Shown here one piece after another: positions 7,253 to 16,028 of a stretch of DNA of 37,347 nt. Source of the stretch: a virus (Duplodnaviria > Caudoviricetes); the IMG/VR virus record IMGVR_UViG_3300037834_000040, positions 1-37,347 of that record. The stretch is one strand, 5' to 3'. The notes under the pieces are model-generated. The model saw only the letters and a program-made list of their open reading frames with translations. It was not told the DNA's origin and searched no databases. The number at the start of each line of letters is the position of its first letter. Position 1 is the first letter of the stretch. The translations under genes and the position numbers were made by a program.

Positions 7253-7594
7253 ATGCGGGGGCGGCGGGCGAAATTATGCTTGAAGCGCGACAGCGCCGGC
7301 GCGCGGGCGCAGTTCCTGCGGGTCGCCGAGCTGGTCGCCGGCGCGACCGGCGTGCCGATCGGCGAGATCCTCGCGCCCGGCCGGCGCGGCCGCGACTGGA
7401 GCCAAGCGCGCTGCTTTGCCCGCCGCGCCACCTTCTACCTGACCGTCACCCATTTCGACGTGCCGGCCTCGCGCCTGGCGCGCGTCGTCGACCGGCCGCG
7501 CGCGCGGATCAGCCATGCCGTGCAGCTCGTCGAGCTCGAGCGCGACAAGGCCGACATCGACGGGTTTCTCGCGCGGCTGGAGGCGATGCTGTGA
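7253..7594 (+). CDS. DnaA-domain-IV-like HTH protein resembling the GTA activator GafY/GafA family
   Basis: VAGATGVPIGEILAPGR...ARRATFYL...RLARVVDRPRARISHAVQLVELERDKADIDGFLARLE. Confidence 0.72.
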   Translation: MRGRRAKLCLKRDSAGARAQFLRVAELVAGATGVPIGEILAPGRRGRDWSQARCFARRATFYLTVTHFDVPASRLARVVDRPRARISHAVQLVELERDKADIDGFLARLEAML

Positions 7595-7929
7595 TGGCAT
7601 GGACGATGCGCAAAAGGGGGGGGCAGATGGACTGGGTTGATCAGCATGTTCTCAACTATGATCTGTTCGCTGCCGACCGCGACAGTGATGTGCGCATACT
7701 CGACAACCGGATGCTCAAAACGCGCCGGCCGCATCGCTGCGTCATTTGCGAGCAGTCCATTCCCGTCGGCGCGCGTGTTCGCGCCCAGACGGAGTGCGAT
7801 CGCCAGGCCCGCAGGGTCATGACCTTCTATGTTTGCGAGGATTGCTGCGCGGCGATCGATCGCCGGCTCAAAGATGACGGCCGTGCGATCGAGACGCGGA
7901 CCGCGATCGGCATGGGAGCGATGCCGTGA
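7594..7929 (+). CDS. Zinc-finger protein (start 7594 or 7627)
   Basis: KTRRPHRCVIC...YVCEDC. Confidence 0.7.
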   Translation: MAWTMRKRGGQMDWVDQHVLNYDLFAADRDSDVRILDNRMLKTRRPHRCVICEQSIPVGARVRAQTECDRQARRVMTFYVCEDCCAAIDRRLKDDGRAIETRTAIGMGAMP

Positions 7930-8288
7930 AGCCGCTCTCGCCCGTCACCGCTCATGCCATCCTGCGCTATCTGAAGCGCATCGAAGGTTTCGACCTTGCC
8001 CCGCTGGTGAAGGCGCACGGTCGCGACGCCGGCAACTGGACGCTGGCGAAGGCGGCGGCGCAGTCGCTGGGCGTGTCGATCGACGCGTTGCGCAACCGCA
8101 TCTGCCCGGAACGGCTGTGGCCGATGGTGCGCGCCGGCGCCTGCCGCATTCGCAGGGAAGGCTATGTGCTGATCTGCAAGGATGGATATGTCGTCTCGCT
8201 GGTCGAGGAGACGCAGCAGCGTGCGCACCGCCTCTACACCAAGCGCGAGGCCAAGCGCGCCATCCATCGCGCGAGGCGGCGGCTATGA
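7926..8288 (+). CDS. Phage protein with VTxHAxLRYL motif (possible RelE-like fold)
   Basis: GTG start with GGGAG; VTAHAILRYLKRIEG N-terminus and beta-rich C-terminus. Confidence 0.65.
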   Translation: MKPLSPVTAHAILRYLKRIEGFDLAPLVKAHGRDAGNWTLAKAAAQSLGVSIDALRNRICPERLWPMVRAGACRIRREGYVLICKDGYVVSLVEETQQRAHRLYTKREAKRAIHRARRRL

Positions 8289-8476
8289 TCGATCTCTTCG
8301 CCGCGATCGGGCTCATGCAAGCCGCGCAGCTCGTCGACAGCACCTTGCCCACGACACGCCAATTCTGGCGCGCAAAGCTCGGATATCCCGACCTGGTCTG
8401 CCGCGATCCGCGTCCGCTGGCCGACATCATCGCCGAGATTGAAGCTGCCGGCCGCCAACCGGAGGCAGAACAATGA
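8285..8476 (+). CDS. Hypothetical protein (63 aa, MIDLFAAIG...)
   Basis: ATGA-coupled on both sides. Confidence 0.55.
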   Translation: MIDLFAAIGLMQAAQLVDSTLPTTRQFWRAKLGYPDLVCRDPRPLADIIAEIEAAGRQPEAEQ

Positions 8477-9606
8477 CGCGCGGTCCCGACTTTTCCGAGA
8501 TCCGCGCGGCGCTGCTCGACCGCATCGAGCATCTTGCGCGCGAGCTCGTGCCCGACGGGCACCGCAACGGCGCCTACTGGATCGGCCGCAACCCGACGCG
8601 GGCCGACAGGCATGGCGGCTCGTTCTGGGTGCGCATCCGCAATCCGGCGATCGGCGCATTCCGCGACGAGGCCGGCGTGCGCGGCGTCGACGACGGCGAC
8701 GTGGTGCGCCTGGTGAACTATTGCTGCCGCCATGCCGACCTGACGGAAACCCGCGCCTGGTGTCTGCGCTGGCTCGGCTGGTCGACCGGTTCGGCGCCGG
8801 TGATGAGCGAGGCGGAACGCCAGAAGCGCGCGGCAGAGATCGCGGCGCGGCGCGCGGCCGAGGAACGCGAGGATGCCGACAAAAGGCAGGAGAATGCGCG
8901 GCGTGCCTTCGGCCTGTGGCTGCACGCCGACAAGCTCCTGCCGCTGACCTTTCCCGGCTCGACGCTCGATACCTATCTGAAAAGCCGCGCGATCGACCTT
9001 TCGCCGATGATGGCGCGCGGACGCGGCCTGCCCGGCGCGCTGCGTTTCTTCGTCAGCCACGATTACCGCACCCATGACGGCGAGCTGATCGACCTTCCCT
9101 GCATGATCGCGCTGATGAGCGGGCCGGACGGCCGCGCGCGCGGCGTGCATCGCACCTGGTTGAAGCCGGACGGCTCGGGCAAGGCCGAATTGCCGGAACC
9201 GAAGAAGAACGCGCCGCGCAAGATCTGGCCGGCCGGGTGGCTCGGCTCCTTCATCCGGATATCGAAAGGCGCCGGCGACCTGTCGCCCGAGGCGGCGACC
9301 AAGGCCGGCAAGGCGGGGCCGCTGATCGTGACCGAGGGGATCGAGGACGCGCTTGCCTGCGCGCTCGCCATGCCCGAGCGGCGCGTCTGGGCCGCCGGCA
9401 CGCTCGGCAATATCGGCAATGTGCCGGACCTGCCCTGCATCACCACGATCACCGTTTGCGCCGACAATGACTGGGGCAAAGGCCAGGCCGAGGCCGCCCT
9501 GGACGCGGCGCTGAAGAACCTGCGGGCACGGTTCCGCCAGGTGTTCGTCGCGCGATCCCCGCGCGGCAAGGACATGAACGATCTCTTGAAAGGAGAACGG
9601 ATTTGA
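8473..9606 (+). CDS. Toprim-domain DNA primase (phage P4/plasmid-like)
   Basis: YLKSRAI, GVHRTWL, LIVTEGIEDAL, VCADND, GKDMNDLL motifs. Confidence 0.88.
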   Translation: MTRGPDFSEIRAALLDRIEHLARELVPDGHRNGAYWIGRNPTRADRHGGSFWVRIRNPAIGAFRDEAGVRGVDDGDVVRLVNYCCRHADLTETRAWCLRWLGWSTGSAPVMSEAERQKRAAEIAARRAAEEREDADKRQENARRAFGLWLHADKLLPLTFPGSTLDTYLKSRAIDLSPMMARGRGLPGALRFFVSHDYRTHDGELIDLPCMIALMSGPDGRARGVHRTWLKPDGSGKAELPEPKKNAPRKIWPAGWLGSFIRISKGAGDLSPEAATKAGKAGPLIVTEGIEDALACALAMPERRVWAAGTLGNIGNVPDLPCITTITVCADNDWGKGQAEAALDAALKNLRARFRQVFVARSPRGKDMNDLLKGERI

Positions 9607-9860
9607 CAGGACCGACAATGACCGAGCGCGAGGCCATCGAGATGATGGCCCGCTGCAGCGCCGAGATCAAAGGCCTGCGGGCCGATATAGAGCGGCTTCG
9701 ACCGAAGGCCGAGGCCTATGACAATCTCGCCATCGTGCTGAACGGCCTCGTTCCGCAGCCCAGCCGCGGCATGGGCGAGGACCTCGCCTGGACGCTCGAC
9801 AAGCGCATCCGCGAGGTGAGCGAGAAATACAAATCGCCCAAAATGGAGCAGGCCGCATGA
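9603..9860 (+). CDS. Hypothetical coiled-coil phage protein
   Basis: RBS AAGGAG; ...LRPKAEAYD... Confidence 0.65.
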   Translation: MTGPTMTEREAIEMMARCSAEIKGLRADIERLRPKAEAYDNLAIVLNGLVPQPSRGMGEDLAWTLDKRIREVSEKYKSPKMEQAA

Positions 9861-10291
9861 AACACCGCAAGATCCTGAACACGGCGGTCTTCGCCGCCAA
9901 GGTCGCCGCCGGCGGCCAGACGCGCGACCTCGACGCCGACACCATGGCCGGCCTCTATGACTATGCCCGGCAGCGCAATTTCCCCCCGCCCGAAACGCTG
10001 GCGCGCAAATTCGGCGAGCTGGTCGGTATGCCCTTCGAGCTGCCGTCGATCGAGGCGGCCGACGAGGACCTACAGGTCTTCTTCGTCACCTTCCGCGCCG
10101 TCGCCCAGGCGCTCGATCCGTTCCATGAGGACGCGGCCGACGACGACGAGGACGATGACGAGCTGGTGCTCGTCAGCCGTGCGGAGCTTGAGGGCGATCC
10201 GGGAAAGACACCGGCAACCCCGCCGCAGGACGACAAGCCGGCCGACGACAAGAAGGCCGACGACGCGGCCGCGAAAAAGACCAGGAAATAA
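9857..10291 (+). CDS. Hypothetical protein with acidic tract
   Basis: RBS GGAG; EDAADDDEDDDE. Confidence 0.7.
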   Translation: MKHRKILNTAVFAAKVAAGGQTRDLDADTMAGLYDYARQRNFPPPETLARKFGELVGMPFELPSIEAADEDLQVFFVTFRAVAQALDPFHEDAADDDEDDDELVLVSRAELEGDPGKTPATPPQDDKPADDKKADDAAAKKTRK

Positions 10292-10308
10292 GGCGGCAGG
10301 CGGCATAA

Positions 10309-12216
10309 ATGGCGAGGGGAAAGACAGGCGACGCGGCAGGCAAGGCCGCGTCGCACGCACCAGGCGCGGCGATCGAGACGACCCATGACGGGCTCGACGA
10401 CGTCGCCGCAGCGCTGCGCGACGCGGAGGCCGGCGACCCGTTGCTGGGCATCGGCCAAAGCGACCCGGTGCCCGGCCGGCAGCTCGACGGCATCAATCCT
10501 GGCGAATGGCATCCCGACGATTACGGCCTGCCGCCTGGCTGTCCCGTGCTGCCGCTCGGCACCGACGACGGCGTCTATTTCTTTCTCGACACGATCGGCC
10601 AGATGCGCGCGCTGCGCGGCAGCGAGCTCGGCCAAGCCGGCATCAACGAACTTTTCATGGGCCGCCACTGGTGGCTCTACTGGGCGTTCCCGAAAAAGAA
10701 CTCGAATGGCGACGTGACGAGCTGGCGGCCTGAAAAGGCACGCGAGACGCTGATGGGCGCCTGCGCGCGCAAAGGCCCGTGGAGCGCGCTCAACCGCGTG
10801 CGCGGCCGCGGCATCTGGAAAGGCCGCGACGGCCGGCTGATCCTGCATTGCGGCGACCGGCTCTATTCGAAGCGCGGCGCCGAGGATCTGGGCGAGCTGG
10901 AAGGCATGGTCTACCCGACCCGGCCGCCGCTGCCCCGGCCCTGGCCGAACACGCTGACCTTCAAGCCCGGACCCATGCTGCGCCTGGTGCCGCATTTTCG
11001 CACCTGGCGCTGGGTGCGGCCGGAGCTCGACCCGATCCTCCTCGTCGGCTGGATCGGCGTCGGCTTTCTGGGCGGCGCGCTGGCGAACCGGCCGGCAAGC
11101 TATGTCCTGGGCGACAAGGCGACCGGCAAGTCCGGCCTGCACAACGACCTGAAGTCCGTGTTCGGCGAATGGCTGGTCAATACGGCCGACGCGACGGCCG
11201 CCGGCCTCTACCAGCTCCTCAAGTTCGACTGCCTGCCGGTCGCGATCGACGAGTTCGAGGCCAAGGCCGACAACCGCAAGCAGAAGGCCGTCATCGAGCT
11301 GTTGCGCCTGTCCTATAGCGGCGCGCCGATGCACCGCGGCGGCGACAGCCACAAGGGCACCCAGTTTCACGGCCGATCGGCGTTCAACCTGTCGTCGATC
11401 AACATGCCGGCGATGGAGCCGCAGGACCTGTCGCGCCTGGCGATCCTCCGGCTCCTGCGCCAGCCGCCCGGCGCGGTGAAGCCGATCATTCCCGATGAGG
11501 AGCTGACCGATCTCGGCCGCAAGATATTGCGCCGGCTTCTCGACAACTGGCACCGATGGCACGCGACCTTCGGCGCCTGGCGATCCTTCCTCGCCTCGTG
11601 CGGCCATGACGGGCGCGGCCAGGACACGTTCGGCACGCTGATGGCCGTCGCCGACCTGGTCATCGCCGACGACGCCGAGGCGCTCGGCCTGGCCATGGGG
11701 CCGAACGCGGAGGGCGAAAGCCCGTTCGAGCCGTGGCGCGAGCATCTGTCGGCCGCGGTGCTGTCCGAATTCGACGATGCCGAGGAAAACTGGCGGTTGT
11801 GCCTATCGCACCTCATGACCCAGCGCATCGAGGCCTGGCGCGGCGGCACGCGGCACACGGTCGGCGAGGTGCTGACCGACTTCTGGGAACACAACATCAA
11901 CGATCCGGACGCGCTCAAATTCGAGCCGGCGCGCAAGCTCCTCGAGCAGACGGGCCTGTCGCTGCAAAAGCCGACCGAGAAGGGCGGCAGCTTCGAGCTC
12001 TTCGTGCCCAACCAGCACACGCTGCTCTACCAGCTTTTCAAGGATACGAAATGGCAGGGAGAAATGGCCGCCGGCACATGGGCGGGCGCGCTGCAGCAGG
12101 CGCCCGAGGGCACCTGGCGCAAGGCGTCGGGCCGCATCCATGGCGTCAAGCTGAAGGGCATCGCGTTTGCCCTGAAGGATATCATCGCGGACAGGAACGA
12201 GGAAAAGGCGGCATGA
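10309..12216 (+). CDS. Primase-associated P-loop ATPase / replicative helicase
   Basis: Walker A GDKATGKS, Walker B PVAIDE; between primase and iteron array. Confidence 0.8.
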   Translation: MARGKTGDAAGKAASHAPGAAIETTHDGLDDVAAALRDAEAGDPLLGIGQSDPVPGRQLDGINPGEWHPDDYGLPPGCPVLPLGTDDGVYFFLDTIGQMRALRGSELGQAGINELFMGRHWWLYWAFPKKNSNGDVTSWRPEKARETLMGACARKGPWSALNRVRGRGIWKGRDGRLILHCGDRLYSKRGAEDLGELEGMVYPTRPPLPRPWPNTLTFKPGPMLRLVPHFRTWRWVRPELDPILLVGWIGVGFLGGALANRPASYVLGDKATGKSGLHNDLKSVFGEWLVNTADATAAGLYQLLKFDCLPVAIDEFEAKADNRKQKAVIELLRLSYSGAPMHRGGDSHKGTQFHGRSAFNLSSINMPAMEPQDLSRLAILRLLRQPPGAVKPIIPDEELTDLGRKILRRLLDNWHRWHATFGAWRSFLASCGHDGRGQDTFGTLMAVADLVIADDAEALGLAMGPNAEGESPFEPWREHLSAAVLSEFDDAEENWRLCLSHLMTQRIEAWRGGTRHTVGEVLTDFWEHNINDPDALKFEPARKLLEQTGLSLQKPTEKGGSFELFVPNQHTLLYQLFKDTKWQGEMAAGTWAGALQQAPEGTWRKASGRIHGVKLKGIAFALKDIIADRNEEKAA

Positions 12217-12417
12217 TCATGCTTCCCTGCAAACCATCTCACCAGCGTCAGATGAGCGCGACCAGGCGACCGCCTGGGCGCGCGGCCGTGCCGCCTGGTG
12301 TCAGGTTGGAAAAAATCTTGCGGCCGGCAGGCCGCGCATATTTCGTCACGAGCCTTAGCCCGCAAGGGATTGCCCCGACCCGGTGGCTCGGCGCCCCGAC
12401 CCCGTCGCGCCGCCGCC

Positions 12418-12449
12418 TAAACGTGACACCTTCAACCCCGACCCATTCT
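12418..12449 (+). promoter_or_regulatory. Putative late promoter 1 (upstream of ori/terS)
   Basis: TAAACGTGAC-N16-CATTCT. Confidence 0.7.
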
Positions 12450-12498
12450 CTCCAGAGAAAAGACCACGGGCCGAACGCGGCTCGATTGGGTTCGGGTG

Positions 12499-12776
12499 TG
12501 GAACCGCCGCGACCATTGAAATCATTGATGAAATCGGAAAGTGGAACCATGGAACCGCGACTGGAACCGATAGCTGAAGGGGTAAGGCATTGATCCGGCA
12601 GGAGAAATCACAAAGTGGAACCATGGAACCGTGGAACCGCACATTCCCGTATGCGCGCAGGCGCGCGCGTGTTGTTACGTTCCACGGTTCCACAGTTCCA
12701 GAGGGATATATTCATCAGTTTTTTCAATGGATTGGCTTGATCGGCGAGCGGTTCCAGCGCCGGTTCCACGGTTCCA
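12499..12776. repeat. Putative replication origin: convergent TGGAAC(C) iterons
   Basis: 7 forward copies (12499, 12542, 12550, 12562, 12616, 12624, 12632) and 6 reverse copies (12679, 12686, 12695, 12750, 12762, 12770); alternating-GC centre; downstream of helicase. Confidence 0.8.
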
Positions 12777-12797
12777 GCAATATTTGCGGGGGGTAAA

Positions 12798-13406
12798 ATG
12801 GCCGGCAAGCCTGAAGGCGGACTGAAGGACGCGCTGCAGCTCGACCAGGCCGCCCGCGATATTGTTTCCGGGCGCGGGGCGGGCGCTGAAAATCCCGGCG
12901 CGGTGCAGGACGATCTCTTCGCGGGATCGAGCGTTTTCGGCACGATCAAGCTGGCCGAGGGCGGCGAAATCAAGCGCGGCGGGCCGGGGAGGCCGAGGGG
13001 GCCGAGCAAGGTCACCAAGGACCTGGTGCGCCTCATCCAGGAGACCGGCCGGCATCCGATCCTCGCCATGGCCGAGATCGTGTCGACGCCGATCGACGTG
13101 ATCGCCAAGACGCTCGGCTGCAAGAAGATCGAGGCGGCCGAGTACCACCGCAAGGTCATGTCCGACCTCGCGCCTTACGTCGCGCAGAAGATGCCGACCG
13201 CCGTCCAGGTGCAGGGCGCGACGGCCGGCACGTTCACGGTGCTCGACATGCGCTCGATCGCGGCGCTGGCGGCCGAGGGCGGCAGCGAGTTCGGCCTTGC
13301 CATGAAGCTGATCGACGGCACCGCCGAGACACAGCAAAATCAACGGGTTAGCGACGACGCGGACGCGCAGTCTCACGACGCGCAGTCTCACGACGAGGGC
13401 AAGTGA
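12798..13406 (+). CDS. Probable terminase small subunit
   Basis: GPGRPRGPSKVT motif and ...SDLAPYVAQKMP typical of TerS; upstream of TerL. Confidence 0.7.
   Translation: MAGKPEGGLKDALQLDQAARDIVSGRGAGAENPGAVQDDLFAGSSVFGTIKLAEGGEIKRGGPGRPRGPSKVTKDLVRLIQETGRHPILAMAEIVSTPIDVIAKTLGCKKIEAAEYHRKVMSDLAPYVAQKMPTAVQVQGATAGTFTVLDMRSIAALAAEGGSEFGLAMKLIDGTAETQQNQRVSDDADAQSHDAQSHDEGK
13338..13350 (+). promoter_or_regulatory. IHF consensus site
   Basis: AATCAACGGGTTA matches WATCAANNNNTTR exactly. Confidence 0.55.
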
Positions 13407-13691
13407 TTGACGATGCAGCGTAATTCGGCTTTCGGACCGATGATCGTAAATCAGCAGGTCCAGCCTGCGGCGCAGCCCGCCGCCTCGTCGCCGGCGCAGG
13501 CCGGATCGGTCCGGAGGGGTGGCCCATCGGCTGCCCTGGGCGAGGCCCTGGGGGCGTCCTCGAAACGCGATCGCGGTCAGCTAGCGGGTAAAGCCTGTGC
13601 GGTTTTCAGCCTTCAAAGCGAACCGTGCCGGTTGGTGGGTGAGGGGAAATCTGTTCGCCGGCTCGCCGGGGTTGGGGGGAGGGCTTCGCGC

Positions 13692-13856
13692 CTGGCCAAA
13701 TCAGACCGCCGTTATGTGTATCGGTGGAACTGTCATGGCCGCAAGGGCGAGATCTGCAAACTCACAGCGCGCGGTGCCCGCAACTCGATCCGGCTCGAGT
13801 TCGCCGACGGCTTCGTGATGATCACGAGCGGCAACTCCATCAAGCGGGCCCCGTGA
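13692..13856 (+). CDS. Small phage protein (YVYRW...RKGEICKLTARGARNSIRLEFADG); start uncertain, possibly CTG
   Basis: Protein-like 3' end of ORF 13407..13856; GGGAGGG precedes in-frame CTG at 13692. Confidence 0.55.
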   Translation: MAKSDRRYVYRWNCHGRKGEICKLTARGARNSIRLEFADGFVMITSGNSIKRAP

Positions 13857-14260
13857 TGACCGCCAAGACAAAAACAACAATTGGACGCGTCCAAATCTCC
13901 GATGACGCGCTGATGAACCTCTACCGCCGGCTCCGCGAGCGCGGCGCGCCTGCGGATGGCTCCTTCACCGCCCTCGATGCGGCCGGCCGGCGCGAATATT
14001 TCCGGGTTGCCCGGCGGCGGGCGCGGGCGCGCGCGGCGTCGGCGAAGTCCGCCGGCGCGCTGGAGCCGAACACGGCCAACGTGCGCGACGCCCTGGCGGA
14101 CGCGGCGCTGATGATGCTAGCGACCGATGCCGATGGCGCCGGCCATATCCGCACGGTCCTGGCGAAGATCTTCGCCGAGCGGCCGGGCGTGCCCTTCTCC
14201 GTCGAGACGAAGGCCCGCCAGGGCAAGCTGAAACCGAAACTCCTGCAGGTGCGGTCGTGA
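13856..14260 (+). CDS. Hypothetical phage protein (134 aa)
   Basis: TGATG coupling. Confidence 0.7.
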   Translation: MTAKTKTTIGRVQISDDALMNLYRRLRERGAPADGSFTALDAAGRREYFRVARRRARARAASAKSAGALEPNTANVRDALADAALMMLATDADGAGHIRTVLAKIFAERPGVPFSVETKARQGKLKPKLLQVRS

Positions 14261-14520
14261 GCCGGACGCCTCGCAATCGTGGCGAGCGCATCGCCGGCGT
14301 CCAGTACAGCGTGACACCGCCGGCCCAAGAGCATATGGCGGTTTTCGACGCCCTTCCGCCGGCGGTCCGCCAGGCGATCTCTGCATCCGACTACGATTTC
14401 AACACCATCGCGATCGCGCGGGCGATGCGATGCGGCATGAGCGAAGCCGTAATCGTGTCCATGATCGAAAACCAGAACCAGGCAATACGCGAGGCCGCTG
14501 ACGTCTCGCGGGAGGAGTAG
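14257..14520 (+). CDS. Small alphaproteobacterial protein (DUF6525-like, MxxFDALPPxVR)
   Basis: MAVFDALPPAVRQAI motif; GTGA coupling. Confidence 0.6.
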   Translation: MSRTPRNRGERIAGVQYSVTPPAQEHMAVFDALPPAVRQAISASDYDFNTIAIARAMRCGMSEAVIVSMIENQNQAIREAADVSREE

Positions 14521-14522
14521 CG

Positions 14523-16028
14523 GTGAGCGATTTCGACATCAACCGATATGTGCCGCCGGGGCCGGTCGCGGCCGCCTACCTGATGGATCGCAAGTCGAGC
14601 GTGCGGTTCATGATGGGGCCGATCGGCTCGGGAAAGACAAACCTCGACTTCTTCGACAAGCTCAAATGCGCGCTCGAAATGCCGAAATGCCTCGACGGGC
14701 ACCGGCGGCACCGTCATGTCGAGCTGCGCGACACCTATGCCAATCTGTGGGGCACCACGATCAAGAGCTGGTGGCAGTGGTTCCCGAAGGACCGCGGCGA
14801 CTGGCAGGGCGGCGAGGGGCGCAAGGCCACGCACGAACTGCGTTTCGACGCGCCGGACGGCGGGCTGATCATTTTCGAGATGGTCTTCCAGGCGATCCAG
14901 GACGCCGATGTCGACCAGGCACTGCGCGGTATCGAGTTCACGACCGCCAATATGGGCGAGGCGGATCTGATGTCGGGCGACGTGCTGACCTACTTGACTG
15001 GCCGCGCCGCCCAGCAGCGCTTTCCGCCGAAGCGGCTCCTGCCGGCCGGCACGAATTACTACACTTGCGTCACGGGCGACTTCAACCCGCCCGATACCGA
15101 CAACTGGACCTACAGCATCTTCGAGGAGATCAAGCCGTCCGGACATCGCCTTTTCAAGCAGCCTTCCGGCCGCTCGCCCCAAGGCGAGAACCGCGCGGCG
15201 ATTTCGCAGGAAACCTATGCCCGCATGGCCGAAGAGAACAAGCACCGGCCCTGGTGGGTGCAGCGCATGGTCGACGGCAAGTGGGGTCCGAACCGTGACG
15301 GCGAGCCGGTCTATCCCGAATATGACGACCAGGTCCATGCTGCCGAGGACAACATCGAGCCGGTTGCAGGCCTGCCCTTGCGTCTCGGCTTCGACCAGGG
15401 CGTGCGCGGCCCCGCCATGCTGGTGCTGCAATGGACGCCAAGCGGCCAGCTACGCGTCCTCGACGAGCATTGCCCCGGCCGGATCGGGCCGTCCGGTTTC
15501 GGCCGGGATTGCAAGCTCCTCCTCGAGACGCGCTATCGCGGGTTCAAGGTCGAACGGGCGACGGGCGATCCGGCCGGATTTTTCGGGGGCGACAGCGAGA
15601 CCGGTGACAAGTCGATGTTCGAGATCGTCAGCGAGATCATGGGCATCACGATCTGGCCGGCGGAAAGCCAGGAACTGCACGTGCGCCAGGACGGCGTGCG
15701 CCAGCTCCTGCGCTATCGGGTGGACGGACACGAGCCTGGCATCAAGGTGTCGCCGCGCGCGAAGATGCTGCGGAAGGGCTTCAATTCGCACTATCGATAC
15801 CGCAAGCGCCGCGGGGTCGAAGGGCTGTCCGACCCGCAGCCCGAGAAGAACGAATATTCGAACCCGCATGACGCACTGCAATACGGCGTGCTCGACCTGG
15901 TCGGCGTCGAGGGCATCAAGCGCGGCGAGCTGATGGGTGGGCGCGGCGACAAGATGTTCGATGCCGACGACGAGGATTTCGGCGGGACGGTCGAGGTCAA
16001 CACGAATTTCGACGTCTGGCGGTCCTGA
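14523..16028 (+). CDS. terL: Terminase large subunit
   Basis: Walker A MGPIGSGKT; DFNPP; RNase H-like GFDQG, GDPAG, KNEYSNPHDALQY; RBS GGAGGAG. Confidence 0.92.
   Translation: MSDFDINRYVPPGPVAAAYLMDRKSSVRFMMGPIGSGKTNLDFFDKLKCALEMPKCLDGHRRHRHVELRDTYANLWGTTIKSWWQWFPKDRGDWQGGEGRKATHELRFDAPDGGLIIFEMVFQAIQDADVDQALRGIEFTTANMGEADLMSGDVLTYLTGRAAQQRFPPKRLLPAGTNYYTCVTGDFNPPDTDNWTYSIFEEIKPSGHRLFKQPSGRSPQGENRAAISQETYARMAEENKHRPWWVQRMVDGKWGPNRDGEPVYPEYDDQVHAAEDNIEPVAGLPLRLGFDQGVRGPAMLVLQWTPSGQLRVLDEHCPGRIGPSGFGRDCKLLLETRYRGFKVERATGDPAGFFGGDSETGDKSMFEIVSEIMGITIWPAESQELHVRQDGVRQLLRYRVDGHEPGIKVSPRAKMLRKGFNSHYRYRKRRGVEGLSDPQPEKNEYSNPHDALQYGVLDLVGVEGIKRGELMGGRGDKMFDADDEDFGGTVEVNTNFDVWRS

Noticed and set aside
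7612-7623. AAAAGGGGGGGG as a phase-variation or frameshift site
   Set aside because: Explained adequately as the RBS for ATG 7627; reading frames are intact
12499-12776. CRISPR array
   Set aside because: Repeats are 6-7 bp, irregularly spaced and in both orientations; no cas genes
12213-12796. ORFs across the origin region
   Set aside because: Low-complexity translations of iterons (MEPWN); better explained as non-coding ori/promoter
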